Origin: Nitrospirota bacterium
GTDB taxonomy: Bacteria > Nitrospirota > UBA9217
Assembly (NCBI GenBank): GCA_963754875.1
Contig: CAVWHO010000020.1
Location: 128,001-192,000 of the forward strand
DNA length: 64,000 nucleotides
Direction: 5' to 3'
Shown here: positions 41,098-49,857 of the stretch, in pieces
How positions within the stretch are numbered: position 1 is the first letter of the stretch
Layout: each line of letters begins with the position of its first letter
The notes under the pieces: model-generated
What the model was told of the DNA's origin: nothing
The model's input: only the letters and a program-made list of their open reading frames with translations
The model's database searches: none
Position numbers and translations under genes: made by a program

Positions 41098-42639
41098 TTA
41101 GTTATAGTATTCGCTGCCACGGATGTTGCTGTGAGTGATCGCCTGTGATGCGGCTTTTGGCTCTGGTAACGGTTTTTTGTCTAAATTTGTTTCAAGGATG
41201 GACTTGACGCTTCCGAAACTGATGCCCCCGATGGCGAGTGCTCGCTTGCAGGCAGCCTCGACGCGTTCTTTGCCAAACTTCTTGGAAAGAGTGATGATCC
41301 CCATACAGGAACGAAAGCCTTGTTGTGGGTGAAGCTTCTTTGCGAGAATGGCCGTAACCAGCTCTGCCGTTGATTTGCCGGTTTCCGATGCCCAGCGTAT
41401 CAGGCGCTCTGGGGTCCAGTCAGCATAGTCCCGATGGGACTTCGGCATGTGCTCGGCAAGTGTCGTATGTCTTCCCTTGGCATAGGACCGGATATGTGAG
41501 GCGATGCGTTTGTTGTGAAAGAAGACTTCTACAATCGATTCCGTTAGCCGTACGTCCAGGTATTCATTGCGGAGTTGGTAGGGTACGCTGTAATAGTGGT
41601 CATTGACTTCGACGTGGTAATCGATGCCGGAACGTTTTTTTATCTTCCATTCTGCGTACTCGAAGGCCACAGCAGGCAGCGGTTGTAATGCAGGCTTATC
41701 GATCTCCAGAAAACGGCTCATACGGCTGCCGGAGAGCTTCTTGAAGGGCCGGTTATTGAGTCTATCCAGCAGTTCCCGGATAGCGGCATTGAGTTCTGCG
41801 AGGCTGAAGAAGGTACGGTTCCTGAGGGCTGCCAGGATCCAACGCTGCACCAGAAGGACTCCGGCTTCAACTTTCGCTTTGTCTTTAGGCTTCCTGACGC
41901 GGGCAGGAATGACCGCAGCACCGTAATGAACTGCAAGCTCTTGATAGGTGCGATTGACGCCTGGCTCATAGCGACAGACCTTGGTGATGCCGGAGAGAAG
42001 ATTATCAGGGATCAGGATCTCGGGCACACCGTCGATGAACTTAAGGGTCCGGACATGGGAACCGATCCAGTCTGGCAGACCCTGCGTAAACGTTGCTTCG
42101 GCATATGTAAAGTTGCTGGCGCCTAGGACGGCGACGAAGATCTGACAGTTGTGTACCTCTCCGGTGGATTTGTCGATTACCGAGACTGTTTGGCCACAGT
42201 AATCAACAAACAGCTTTTCTCCTGCAAGATGAACCTGTCGCATGGAGATATCGAGCTTTTTTGCATAGGCGCGATAGAGGTCACAAAAATGTGCGTACTG
42301 ATATCCTTCAGGATATTGCGCTTTGTACTCGTCCCACAGGAGCATCAGGGTAACACTTTTACGCGCAAGCTCGCGGTGAACATCCTCCCATACAGGGAGC
42401 GGACGTGGAGATGTGGAGACAATGACCGGCGGGTAGAGAAGATGCTCGAGGGCGGTATCGTCCAGGTCTGCCGGCAGGGGCCATGATAGCCCGGCCTGTC
42501 TGGCTCGTTTCGTATACTCGTCAACGGTGCTTCTGGCTATTCCACAGCTTTTGGATATAGCGCGGCGGTCTAGGCCGCAGGACCATTTGAGGCGTAAAAC
42601 TTCTTTAATTGTTCGCACGGGTATTCTTTCTCTCGTCAT
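41098..42639 (-). CDS. istA: IS21 DDE transposase IstA
   Basis: GEKLFVDYCG, IPDNL, KPKDKAKVE, YSVPY. Confidence 0.95.
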   Translation of the reverse strand: MTRERIPVRTIKEVLRLKWSCGLDRRAISKSCGIARSTVDEYTKRARQAGLSWPLPADLDDTALEHLLYPPVIVSTSPRPLPVWEDVHRELARKSVTLMLLWDEYKAQYPEGYQYAHFCDLYRAYAKKLDISMRQVHLAGEKLFVDYCGQTVSVIDKSTGEVHNCQIFVAVLGASNFTYAEATFTQGLPDWIGSHVRTLKFIDGVPEILIPDNLLSGITKVCRYEPGVNRTYQELAVHYGAAVIPARVRKPKDKAKVEAGVLLVQRWILAALRNRTFFSLAELNAAIRELLDRLNNRPFKKLSGSRMSRFLEIDKPALQPLPAVAFEYAEWKIKKRSGIDYHVEVNDHYYSVPYQLRNEYLDVRLTESIVEVFFHNKRIASHIRSYAKGRHTTLAEHMPKSHRDYADWTPERLIRWASETGKSTAELVTAILAKKLHPQQGFRSCMGIITLSKKFGKERVEAACKRALAIGGISFGSVKSILETNLDKKPLPEPKAASQAITHSNIRGSEYYN

Positions 42640-43224
42640 CCAGCTCTCCTTAGAAGCGAATTTTAAGGAGCAGGATATACGAATTTGTAGAATTTACCCA
42701 GCGTCGTTTAATGCGTTAGAGGGTGCCTGAATTGGAGCGGAACACCGGCCCGAATTGCAGTGGAATGGGTGCCTGAATTGGAGCAGAACAGGTGCCTGAA
42801 TTGCAGTGGAATGGCTGCCTGAATTGGAGCAGAATACTCAGCAGACAAACTTAAATTGATAGAAATAAACATCGTTAATATTGTAGATAGATCAAAACAC
42901 AGATAATAATTATGCTGATCGGATCGAGCGACTGGCGTATTAACCAATGATGTTAAAAAATGATATTGTCACTATCGAATAAAGAAAAGGAATTAGCGAA
43001 TGCAGTAGGTATCGTCTTCGGAGGAGTTTAATGTCCGGTTTATCCAGGATTAACAAGCTCAATGAATTGGAGGTCATCCCTTTTGATTTCAGATAATACC
43101 TTGCTAAACATTCTCTATTTAAAAGAAATCAATTGAAGGACGCCAAGAGTTATCTAAACTAACATGATCCCCAAGCATCTTTCATCCTCACTTGTCAACC
43201 AATGTGTTCTTGCCTGTGAACCAA

Positions 43225-43280
43225 AACTAACGACAGAGGGACACGCCGCGAAGCGGTCGGCGTGGAACGACGGGTTAACA
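43225..43280 (-). other. attC site
   Basis: Minus strand TGTTAAC ccgtcgttccacgccgaccgc-ttc-gcggcgtgtccctctgtc GTTAGTT. Confidence 0.8.
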
Positions 43281-43302
43281 TCATTATTAAGAAAGGCCAA
43301 GT

Positions 43303-43734
43303 TCAAAAACAACTGGCAGCATAATCAGACAGATCAACATCTGTAAAAGTAAAAACGACCGGTGTGCACGTCCCACTTACTTCAGTTTGTCTTGTACATG
43401 GATGTGTGCTCCCGATGGTCAGGCCTTTACTAAGAAGATAATTAAGCGGAGGATTTTTGCCGTCGCCGACCGTAAGTACGCGATTTTTGTCTGTTGCATC
43501 GTTTGCGTCGGCCGGATTGGCAGGTGTAAAGTCAAAGACAGCTTCGACAGGATTATTATTACAATTATTACTGCCTGTACTCGCACCGTTGAGAGAGACT
43601 ATCGTCGCTGTCCCCGTCGTGCTTGTGTAAGTACAAGGTCCACCGGTTGGATCCGAGTTGCCAGACGAACAAGAGAGAAATAAGAAGATAGACATGAAAC
43701 AGACTGCTGCTTCGACTCTGATGTTATTTGGCAT
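43303..43734 (-). CDS. Small Cys-containing lipoprotein (cassette)
   Basis: FLS-C lipobox; RBS AAGGGG right after the attC. Confidence 0.7.
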   Translation of the reverse strand: MPNNIRVEAAVCFMSIFLFLSCSSGNSDPTGGPCTYTSTTGTATIVSLNGASTGSNNCNNNPVEAVFDFTPANPADANDATDKNRVLTVGDGKNPPLNYLLSKGLTIGSTHPCTRQTEVSGTCTPVVFTFTDVDLSDYAASCF

Positions 43735-43742
43735 ATTTATCC

Positions 43743-43860
43743 CCTTAACACCCCGGGTGAGCGGCTGACACCGCAGGGGTCAAGTCCGTCTCGAACCGGT
43801 TTGATCTGCCGCGCTGGTTTCGCGGCAGATCAGGTTCGGCCGCTCACCCGTTTGTTGGCG
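43743..43860 (-). other. Long (118-bp) attC site with branched variable terminal structure
   Basis: Minus strand CGCCAAC aaacgggtgagcggc ... gccgctcacccggggt GTTAAGG; inner hairpin tgatctgccgcg/cgcggcagatca. Confidence 0.75.
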
Positions 43861-43877
43861 GCATTTTCCCGTTTATG

Positions 43878-44762
43878 CTATTTGGCTAAAAAGCGTGTAA
43901 TGAGTTCATTGACTACTTCCGGTTGTTCCTGATGAACGAAATGGCCGGCAGAAGAAATAATATGTCTTTCAAAATCACGGAGAAAAGCAGACTCCATTCC
44001 TTCAGTTGTCTCGACGCCTATGCATCCGTCATTGGCGCCATGCAGATACATTGTTGGAACGGGGATGGGATCGCTTAAGCGTTTCCGTATATCGGCCAAG
44101 CCCGGCTGATGAAGGGCCGGATTGAACTGGGAACGATAATACCCCAAAGCAGCTTTCAATACAGAAGGTTGTCGAAAAGCTTTCTTGATTTCGTTCATTA
44201 CCGATTTGGGGTAGAGCCAGCCAGGAGACCACTCTTGCCATAACCTTTCTATAAACTCGAAATCGTTATGGGCTATCGCCATCTCAGCGATGGGTAGCTG
44301 GAAGAAAAACATGTACCAGGATCGACGTTGTTGTTTTGGGTTTGATACCAGCGCTCGTCCAAAATTTGCTGCGGTCGGTACGGACATGCAGACAATTTTC
44401 GAGATTTTTTCGGGTGCAAGGATGGCAGCGCTGCGAGCAACTATGGCACCCCAATCGTGCCCGATAAGAATCGCGGGTTGTCCCGTCAGTTGATCAATCA
44501 ACGACAATACGTCTTGGGCAAGAGCTGCGACTTCATAAGGACCTTCGGACTCAACATCTGACGGAAAATATCCACGCATGTACGGAGCTACCACTCGGTA
44601 GCCTTTTTTTGCAAGGACAGGAATTTGATGCCGATAGGAAATCGGGAGATCGGGAAAGCCGTGCAATGCTACGATGAGCGGCCCCTTTCCCTCTTCGAGT
44701 GCATGGATTGTGTGACCATTCGACTCAACAGTGATGCGGTTATAAATTGGATCTTCGGCCAC
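43878..44762 (-). CDS. Epoxide-hydrolase-like alpha/beta hydrolase (cassette)
   Basis: LHGFPD, GHDWG, RRSWYMFFFQ, AGHFVHQEQP. Confidence 0.88.
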   Translation of the reverse strand: MAEDPIYNRITVESNGHTIHALEEGKGPLIVALHGFPDLPISYRHQIPVLAKKGYRVVAPYMRGYFPSDVESEGPYEVAALAQDVLSLIDQLTGQPAILIGHDWGAIVARSAAILAPEKISKIVCMSVPTAANFGRALVSNPKQQRRSWYMFFFQLPIAEMAIAHNDFEFIERLWQEWSPGWLYPKSVMNEIKKAFRQPSVLKAALGYYRSQFNPALHQPGLADIRKRLSDPIPVPTMYLHGANDGCIGVETTEGMESAFLRDFERHIISSAGHFVHQEQPEVVNELITRFLAK

Positions 44763-44835
44763 TTTATCTCCTTTTGAATGTTAAGCGGTCATATCCGCTT
44801 GGACTACTGGTTAGCGCAGTACGTTATTTTCCCTG

Positions 44836-44886
44836 AGCCAACGACGAGTTGAGCCCCGCGCCGCAGAGCGCGGGACTCGGAACAAC
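44836..44886 (-). other. Partial attC (L''-R' part) abutting RAYT-like unit 2
   Basis: Minus strand gttgttccgagtcccgcg-ctctgcgg-cgcggggctcaactcgtc GTTGGCT; the R'' box is displaced. Confidence 0.65.
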
Positions 44887-44897
44887 TTAGAAAAAAA

Positions 44898-45835
44898 CTT
44901 AGGGTCAGGTCCATACTGTTTACCTTTTATAGTGTCCGCACAGAATTCTGCTCACATATGTGGAGTGTACGCCGAGGTGATCAGCAATTGTACGCTGAGT
45001 GTATCCGTACTTCTCAACAGCCTCGGCAATTTTCCTGTCCCGTTTGCTTTTGTCGTCCAGTATACTCTGACTGAATATTTTATTAAGTGTTGGCCTGTTA
45101 GCGTAGCGTTGGCTCTTGGGGATTTCAGGAATATCTTTTTGCCTTCTGAGATGATCGGCAAGGCTGTCAACAAAATCATCTTCGCCTAGAAGGACTTGGC
45201 CCTTAACATCAGTCCAGATCGTTTTCTTGCCGATCCCCCATTTCACAAACTGGCGGTATTCTTTCTCTGCCTTGCCTCTTGTTCGGCTGAATTGTCCGAG
45301 TATCCAATCTGTGGTAAGGCACGGATGGGCCGTTTCTTTCCCCCCTGTGGCCCGGTAGCTTGACCATCTCCAGTCTTCGGGTTTTTCTACCATCCTGGCT
45401 CGGACTGGATTCAGCACCACATAGCGGCAGACTTCAAGAAGGTGTGTGTCTTTTTGGATGATGATGGCCTTGTACCTGCCCTGGAAAAGGTGTCCGGTTT
45501 TGTTGTAGCGCTTGTTCCGTGCCTGAGTATAAACGCCGTTTAATTGCCTCATGCCGAGGGAAAGATTACCGTCGGGAGTTTCTATCATGAGGTGGTAGTG
45601 ATTGTCCATGAGGCAGTAAGCGTGACAGAGCCAGTGATAGCGTTTGATGACGAAGGCAAGGATTTTGAGAAATGTCTCCCGGTCCTGGTCGTCTTTGAAT
45701 ACGGCTTTTTTATCGTTGCCCCGATTGGTGATGTGGTACACCGCGCCGGGGTATTCTATGCGTAATGGACGAGTCATAAAGGTGAGTTTAGCAGAAGTTT
45801 AAAGAAAAATCCAACAGTATGGACCTGACCCTAAG
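44898..45835 (-). mobile_element. RAYT-like Y1 transposase unit 2 with perfect 23-bp terminal inverted repeats
   Basis: cttagggtcaggtccatactgtt (44898-44920) is the exact reverse complement of aacagtatggacctgaccctaag (45813-45835). Confidence 0.8.
44920..45777 (-). CDS. REP-associated-type tyrosine (HUH/Y1) transposase, paralog of 37937-38788
   Basis: Same motifs (NHYH, YVVLNPVRA, WSSY); clearly similar but diverged from copy 1. Confidence 0.9.
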   Translation of the reverse strand: MTRPLRIEYPGAVYHITNRGNDKKAVFKDDQDRETFLKILAFVIKRYHWLCHAYCLMDNHYHLMIETPDGNLSLGMRQLNGVYTQARNKRYNKTGHLFQGRYKAIIIQKDTHLLEVCRYVVLNPVRARMVEKPEDWRWSSYRATGGKETAHPCLTTDWILGQFSRTRGKAEKEYRQFVKWGIGKKTIWTDVKGQVLLGEDDFVDSLADHLRRQKDIPEIPKSQRYANRPTLNKIFSQSILDDKSKRDRKIAEAVEKYGYTQRTIADHLGVHSTYVSRILCGHYKR

Positions 45836-45839
45836 ATGT

Positions 45840-46577
45840 TGGGACTTTCTCTACGGCAATTCAGGAGCTGTGTTGATCGACCGGTTCGGCTGCAATCCGT
45901 ACCGAATCATCGAGACCGGGTACGACACATTCGCTGCATCCATGAAACAGGCGATTCCCCGTATTCGGCGGGATACGATCACCCGGCTCTGGCAGGATTC
46001 TGAAAGCTCGATTCTGAATGAGCTGCCATCAAGCTATCGCGATGTTCTGGAAGACCAGTTCCAGGACCTGATCGCTCAGTTTCGGGACAGAGAGCATCGG
46101 AAAGAACAGATCGTGGAGCAGATGACGATTATCTTCCGAAGGCTTCGCGATGACGACCCCAGAATCCCCCCGCCGACCGCCGGGGTCATCTCGGAAAAGA
46201 ACCTTGCGCTGCTTATCGCCGAGACCGGGCCGATGGCTGATTTCCGCAATTGGCGGCAGTTGATGCGGTATGCCGGTCTCAACATCCGGATGCGTCAGAG
46301 TGGAAAGTATCAAGGCAAAAACAAAATCTCCAAGAAAGGCAGCCCGCTGCTCCGAAAGGTTTTGAACCATATCGTGCTGCCGCTGGTGCGAAAAGGCTAC
46401 CTCTACGGAGATTACTATCACAAGAAGCGAGAAACGGAAAAGATGGCGGGGACGAAGGCCATGACCATTGTGTCGCGCCACTTTCTACGTAAGTTCCACG
46501 GCTGGTACAAATCAGGTGCTGCATTTGATGAAAAACGGTATTTTGCCTGTGAGGCGGAGTTTTTGAAAGCGGCCTAA
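45840..46577 (+). pseudogene. IS110/IS1111-family recombinase, N-terminal RuvC-like (DEDD) half missing
   Basis: LIAETG..FRNWRQLMRYAGL..RQSGKYQGKNKISKKGSPLLR (C-terminal Tnp domain with SG motif); 5' end abuts the RAYT inverted repeat. Confidence 0.8.
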
Positions 46578-46619
46578 AAATGAACCAACGAACAAAGTAA
46601 TACGACTACTCCGGTGGAC

Positions 46620-46781
46620 CCTGGTCCCGAGATGACCGCTTGCGCCTTGTAATCTCTCTCGAGAGAATTATCCTGTCGACATTCCGTCACTCGGGATCAG
46701 GCGTTCCCAACATGGCCTATAAAGTATGGGTGTCCTGCAAAAGCAAGGACCGAACCCAGGTATGCTTGCCAGTTGCGGAAC
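46620..46781 (+). ncRNA. Putative bridge/seek RNA of the IS1111-type element
   Basis: Two consecutive hairpins, each with a large internal loop (46620-46701; 46703-46781), in the non-coding end downstream of the recombinase. Confidence 0.65.
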
Positions 46782-46889
46782 ATTTATCGCCAGAGACTAA
46801 GGAGAAATTATCAAAGATCAAAAGATCGAAGGAGATCTCTGTCTCTTTTTCTTGACTATTTCCGCCTAAAGGTAGGCGCAGGTTAGTTT

Positions 46890-47381
46890 TCAATCTGTAT
46901 TTGCATCTTCGTCGTCTTTAGCCTTGTGCTTAATTTTGCCTGGCATTACCCAGCCGAAAATGAAGAATTCGATTGCCATCCGAATTTTGTCGAAAAGTGA
47001 ATAACCTTTAAAAGTGTCTTCGATCGGAACGCTCGTCTTCTCGATATAATCAGACAGAAGCTCTTTGGCCTTTTCGTATTGGTCGTCTTGAACCTGTATC
47101 ATCTTTGCATTATAAAGACCAATATGGGGCCCCACTTCCAGAGAGCCAAAATTATCATTCCTCACAAAATAGCTGATTTCCTCAGAATCGAGGATGCTTC
47201 TTATTAAACTCAACTCAGTTTCGTTTTTTGGGGAATACAGGTTGACGAAATTAACATATTCTGGCGCGGATGGTGCCTCTTCTCTGCGCAGTGTCTCCTC
47301 CTCGTGAATCAAAGGCACATCACAGTCCGGGCAAGTAAGAAGCATCCATTTATATTTTTTCTTGCACCTGGGGCAAAACAT
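46890..47381 (-). CDS. DUF2007 putative signal-transducing protein with N-terminal Zn ribbon (cassette)
   Basis: MFCPRC..CPDC; LIRSILDSEEISYFV; stop followed directly by R'' AACTAAC (46882-46888). Confidence 0.8.
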   Translation of the reverse strand: MFCPRCKKKYKWMLLTCPDCDVPLIHEEETLRREEAPSAPEYVNFVNLYSPKNETELSLIRSILDSEEISYFVRNDNFGSLEVGPHIGLYNAKMIQVQDDQYEKAKELLSDYIEKTSVPIEDTFKGYSLFDKIRMAIEFFIFGWVMPGKIKHKAKDDEDANTD

Positions 47382-47394
47382 AATAACCTTTCAA

Positions 47395-47455
47395 AACTAA
47401 CGATCGCATCACGCGCCGCCATATGGGCGCGTCGCTGTGGACGCGATTGGTGTAC
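47395..47455 (-). other. attC site with degenerate R'' box
   Basis: Minus strand tacaccaatcgcgtccacagcgacgcgcc-catat-ggcggcgcgtgatgcgatc GTTAGTT. Confidence 0.65.
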
Positions 47456-47466
47456 CTTATATGTTC

Positions 47467-48678
47467 TAGTGTAGTGTCTCTCAATTAACTGGTGTTATGC
47501 CATGACTTGTGATAGAATGCTGTTCATGGCACGACACGCTTTAATTATAGACCTTACGGCGTCAGATCGACAAGAACTGGAGCAATGGGTACAAGCTCAT
47601 CGCACCCCGCAACAAGTCGCTCAACGATGTCGAATTATTCTAGCAGCAGCGAGTGGCCAACAAGACAAGGCCATCGCAAAGCGAATTCAAATCAATTATA
47701 AAACGGCCGCATTATGGAGGCAGCGGTTCTGTAGCGAAGGTCCGGACTGCCTTTGGGAAGTTGCGGCAGGTCGCGGACGTAAACCGGAGTTAACGACAAC
47801 CAAAATTAATAAAATAATTAGATGCCACTCTGCAATCAAGGCCTGCTGGCGCGACCCACTGGAGTTGCCGAACAATGGCTGAAAAGCACGGCGTCAGCAA
47901 AGCAACGATCAATAGAATATGGCAGAGCCATAACATTAAACCGCACAGAACTAAGAGCTTCAAGTTGTCCCGCGACCCACGGTTTTTGGAGAAGCTTACC
48001 GATGTAGTCGGTCTTTATCTGAATCCTCCAGCAAAAGCATTAGTGCTCTGCGTGGATGAGAAAAGCCAGATTCAAGCGCTGGATCGCACACAACCTGGGT
48101 TGCCTTTGAAAAAAGGGCGTTGTGGAACAATGACCCATGATTATAAGCGCAACGGTACCACGACGCTATTTGCGGCGCTCGAATTGGCACAAGGTAAAGT
48201 CATTGGTCAGTGTTACGCGCGGCATCGCCATCAGGAGTTTCTCAAGTTCTTGAAGCAACTGGACGCTGAGTTCCCGGTCGAAAAGCAATTGCACCTGGTG
48301 ATGGATAACTATGGAACCCATAAACATCCCAATGTCCAGAAATGGTTATCACGTCATCCACGCTTTGTGACGCACTTCGTTCCGACCAGTTCAAGTTGGT
48401 TGAATCTTGTCGAGCGTTGGTTCGGAGAACTGACGGGAAAACGATTACGTCGTGGTGTCTTTGTCAGCGTGGACGCGCTCAAGAGCGCGATCGAAGAGTA
48501 TTTGGCTACTTGGAATAAAGACCCAAAACCGTTTGTATGGACCGCAACCGTCGAATCGATTGTTAAGAAACTTGGACGCTGCAAGCAGACATTGGAGAAA
48601 ATTCAGCCAGGCTGCACGTTACCTCGCTCTCGCAAGAAAAAGGCTGATAACACCAGTCGTTTGTGAGACACTACACTA
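47467..48678 (+). mobile_element. IS630-family element; transposase 47517-48666 with a frameshift near 47820
   Basis: TIRs tagtgtagtgtctc / gagacactacacta inside CTAG flanks; [37 protein letters not shown]. Confidence 0.92.
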
Positions 48679-48692
48679 GCTTATAAATAGAA

Positions 48693-49046
48693 TCACGGCT
48701 TCACTAAAGGCCACATCCGCAGAAAGCTTCGAATAAGAAATAGTACAAACAGTAGCACAACAGAATAGCGAACGCGCCGCCAGTAACGCCAACCATCTGG
48801 GGTGAAGTTTTCTTGCCCTGCGCATAACTTCGACCAGAGAGTAATGTTCCAATATTCGTCTTGCCCCTCTGGTGATAATAATGTCATTGCTCTAAACCCC
48901 CAGTATGAGCCGAGGAGTATACTGCCCGCCATCATTAAGTCAATGATTGAAGCTGGTGGATTCCACGAAGTAATTGCGGGTATAGCTAAAATGAGACTTA
49001 CAAACAACATTCCGATGACATTCATTATTGCCACTGCTGCTCGCAT
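48693..49046 (-). CDS. Small membrane protein (cassette)
   Basis: RBS GGAG after the attC; 3 hydrophobic segments. Confidence 0.6.
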   Translation of the reverse strand: MRAAVAIMNVIGMLFVSLILAIPAITSWNPPASIIDLMMAGSILLGSYWGFRAMTLLSPEGQDEYWNITLWSKLCAGQENFTPDGWRYWRRVRYSVVLLFVLFLIRSFLRMWPLVKP

Positions 49047-49056
49047 ATTGACTCCG

Positions 49057-49114
49057 GTATAACGCGCGCGTGAGGAGCGTGGTTTTCGCGACTCACTCGA
49101 CGCGCTCGTTATGT
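49057..49114 (-). other. attC site
   Basis: Minus strand ACATAAC gagcgcgtcgagtgagtcgcgaaaaccacgctcctcacgcgcgc GTTATAC. Confidence 0.82.
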
Positions 49115-49506
49115 CATTTATGTGCCTTTAATTTCCTTAATGTGAGTGAGTATACGAGCAAGATGTTGCCGATTAAGAAACTCAAAACGCAACCACCGCC
49201 GCAAATATTGCCTAACCAATCGAGCGATGGCCATACTGAAAGAAGAAGAGCAAGACCAGCAAGGAAGGAAGGTATTATCCAGATAAAAAATAGCGATACT
49301 TTTAATAATATTTCGTTAACGAGTCTATCGTTCACAAGGAAGATGAAAAATACACTTTTTATGATAATAAATAATCCACCGAAGATCTTTAGTTTTTCAA
49401 ATACAGTTAGACCTGGAATGAAAATCAGAGAAAGGGCTATTATCGCTTCAGCAGATACCGCGATCACAGCTGATTGGTAAATTCGCTTTTTGTTATGTGT
49501 TGTCAT
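49114..49506 (-). CDS. AT-rich 4-TM membrane protein (cassette)
   Basis: Stop abuts the attC R'' box; hydrophobic. Confidence 0.6.
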   Translation of the reverse strand: MTTHNKKRIYQSAVIAVSAEAIIALSLIFIPGLTVFEKLKIFGGLFIIIKSVFFIFLVNDRLVNEILLKVSLFFIWIIPSFLAGLALLLSVWPSLDWLGNICGGGCVLSFLIGNILLVYSLTLRKLKAHK

Positions 49507-49540
49507 TGTAGCGCCTCAGGAGGCAGCGTATAGACTTTCT

Positions 49541-49599
49541 GCCCAAATAATGTTAAGGCTTCTTTCTGAACGCATTATTCAGAAAGAAGCTGGTTGGAC
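49541..49599 (-). other. attC-like terminus of the YR-IS91 element
   Basis: Minus strand GTCCAAC ca gcttctttctgaa-taatgcg-ttcagaaagaagc cttaacatta TTTGGGC (13-bp perfect stem). Confidence 0.5.
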
Positions 49600-49857
49600 T
49601 AAGCCGTAGCGCGCCACGTTGCTATGGGATTTCAAATGATTTTTCAGTTTAAAGCGAAGTCCGTGGAGGCGGCATTGGCAGGGGCATGAGACTTGTTCGA
49701 TTGAAAAGCGGCGATTCCGGACTGCTCCGCAAGCCCCTTTCGTAAATGACTATACAGGAAAAAGGGCTTTGGAGCAATAGAGTATCGTTGCGAAAAACAG
49801 GGCTGTTTTCGGGGGTGGATGTCGGGGCTGGGTTGTTCATTACAGTACTTGCGATAA

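Larger units (their letters stand above)
40208..42840 (-). mobile_element. Complete IS21-family element
   Basis: TG...CA ends (tgtgtattctggtgaattcaggcag / ctgcctgaattggagcagaatactca), multiple subterminal ~22-bp repeats, 7-bp TSD GCAGACA at 40201-40207 and 42841-42847. Confidence 0.95.
40080..43077 (-). pseudogene. Membrane-protein cassette gene interrupted by IS21
   Basis: Removing the IS21 and one TSD joins ..FISINLSLSA|LTVASKSKIASEIAVFTVMSLWTFLYSIYGLLIAIAFLR* in frame; further frameshift near 42945. Confidence 0.6.

Noticed and set aside
42721..42840. Five tandem ~22-bp repeats that could look like a mini-CRISPR or iterons
   Set aside because: No unique spacers or cas genes; they are the subterminal repeats of the IS21 end and are mirrored at 40208-40280.
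47800..47830. Programmed frameshift in the IS630 transposase
   Set aside because: No clear slippery heptamer; one extra base explains it and indels are frequent in this sequence.
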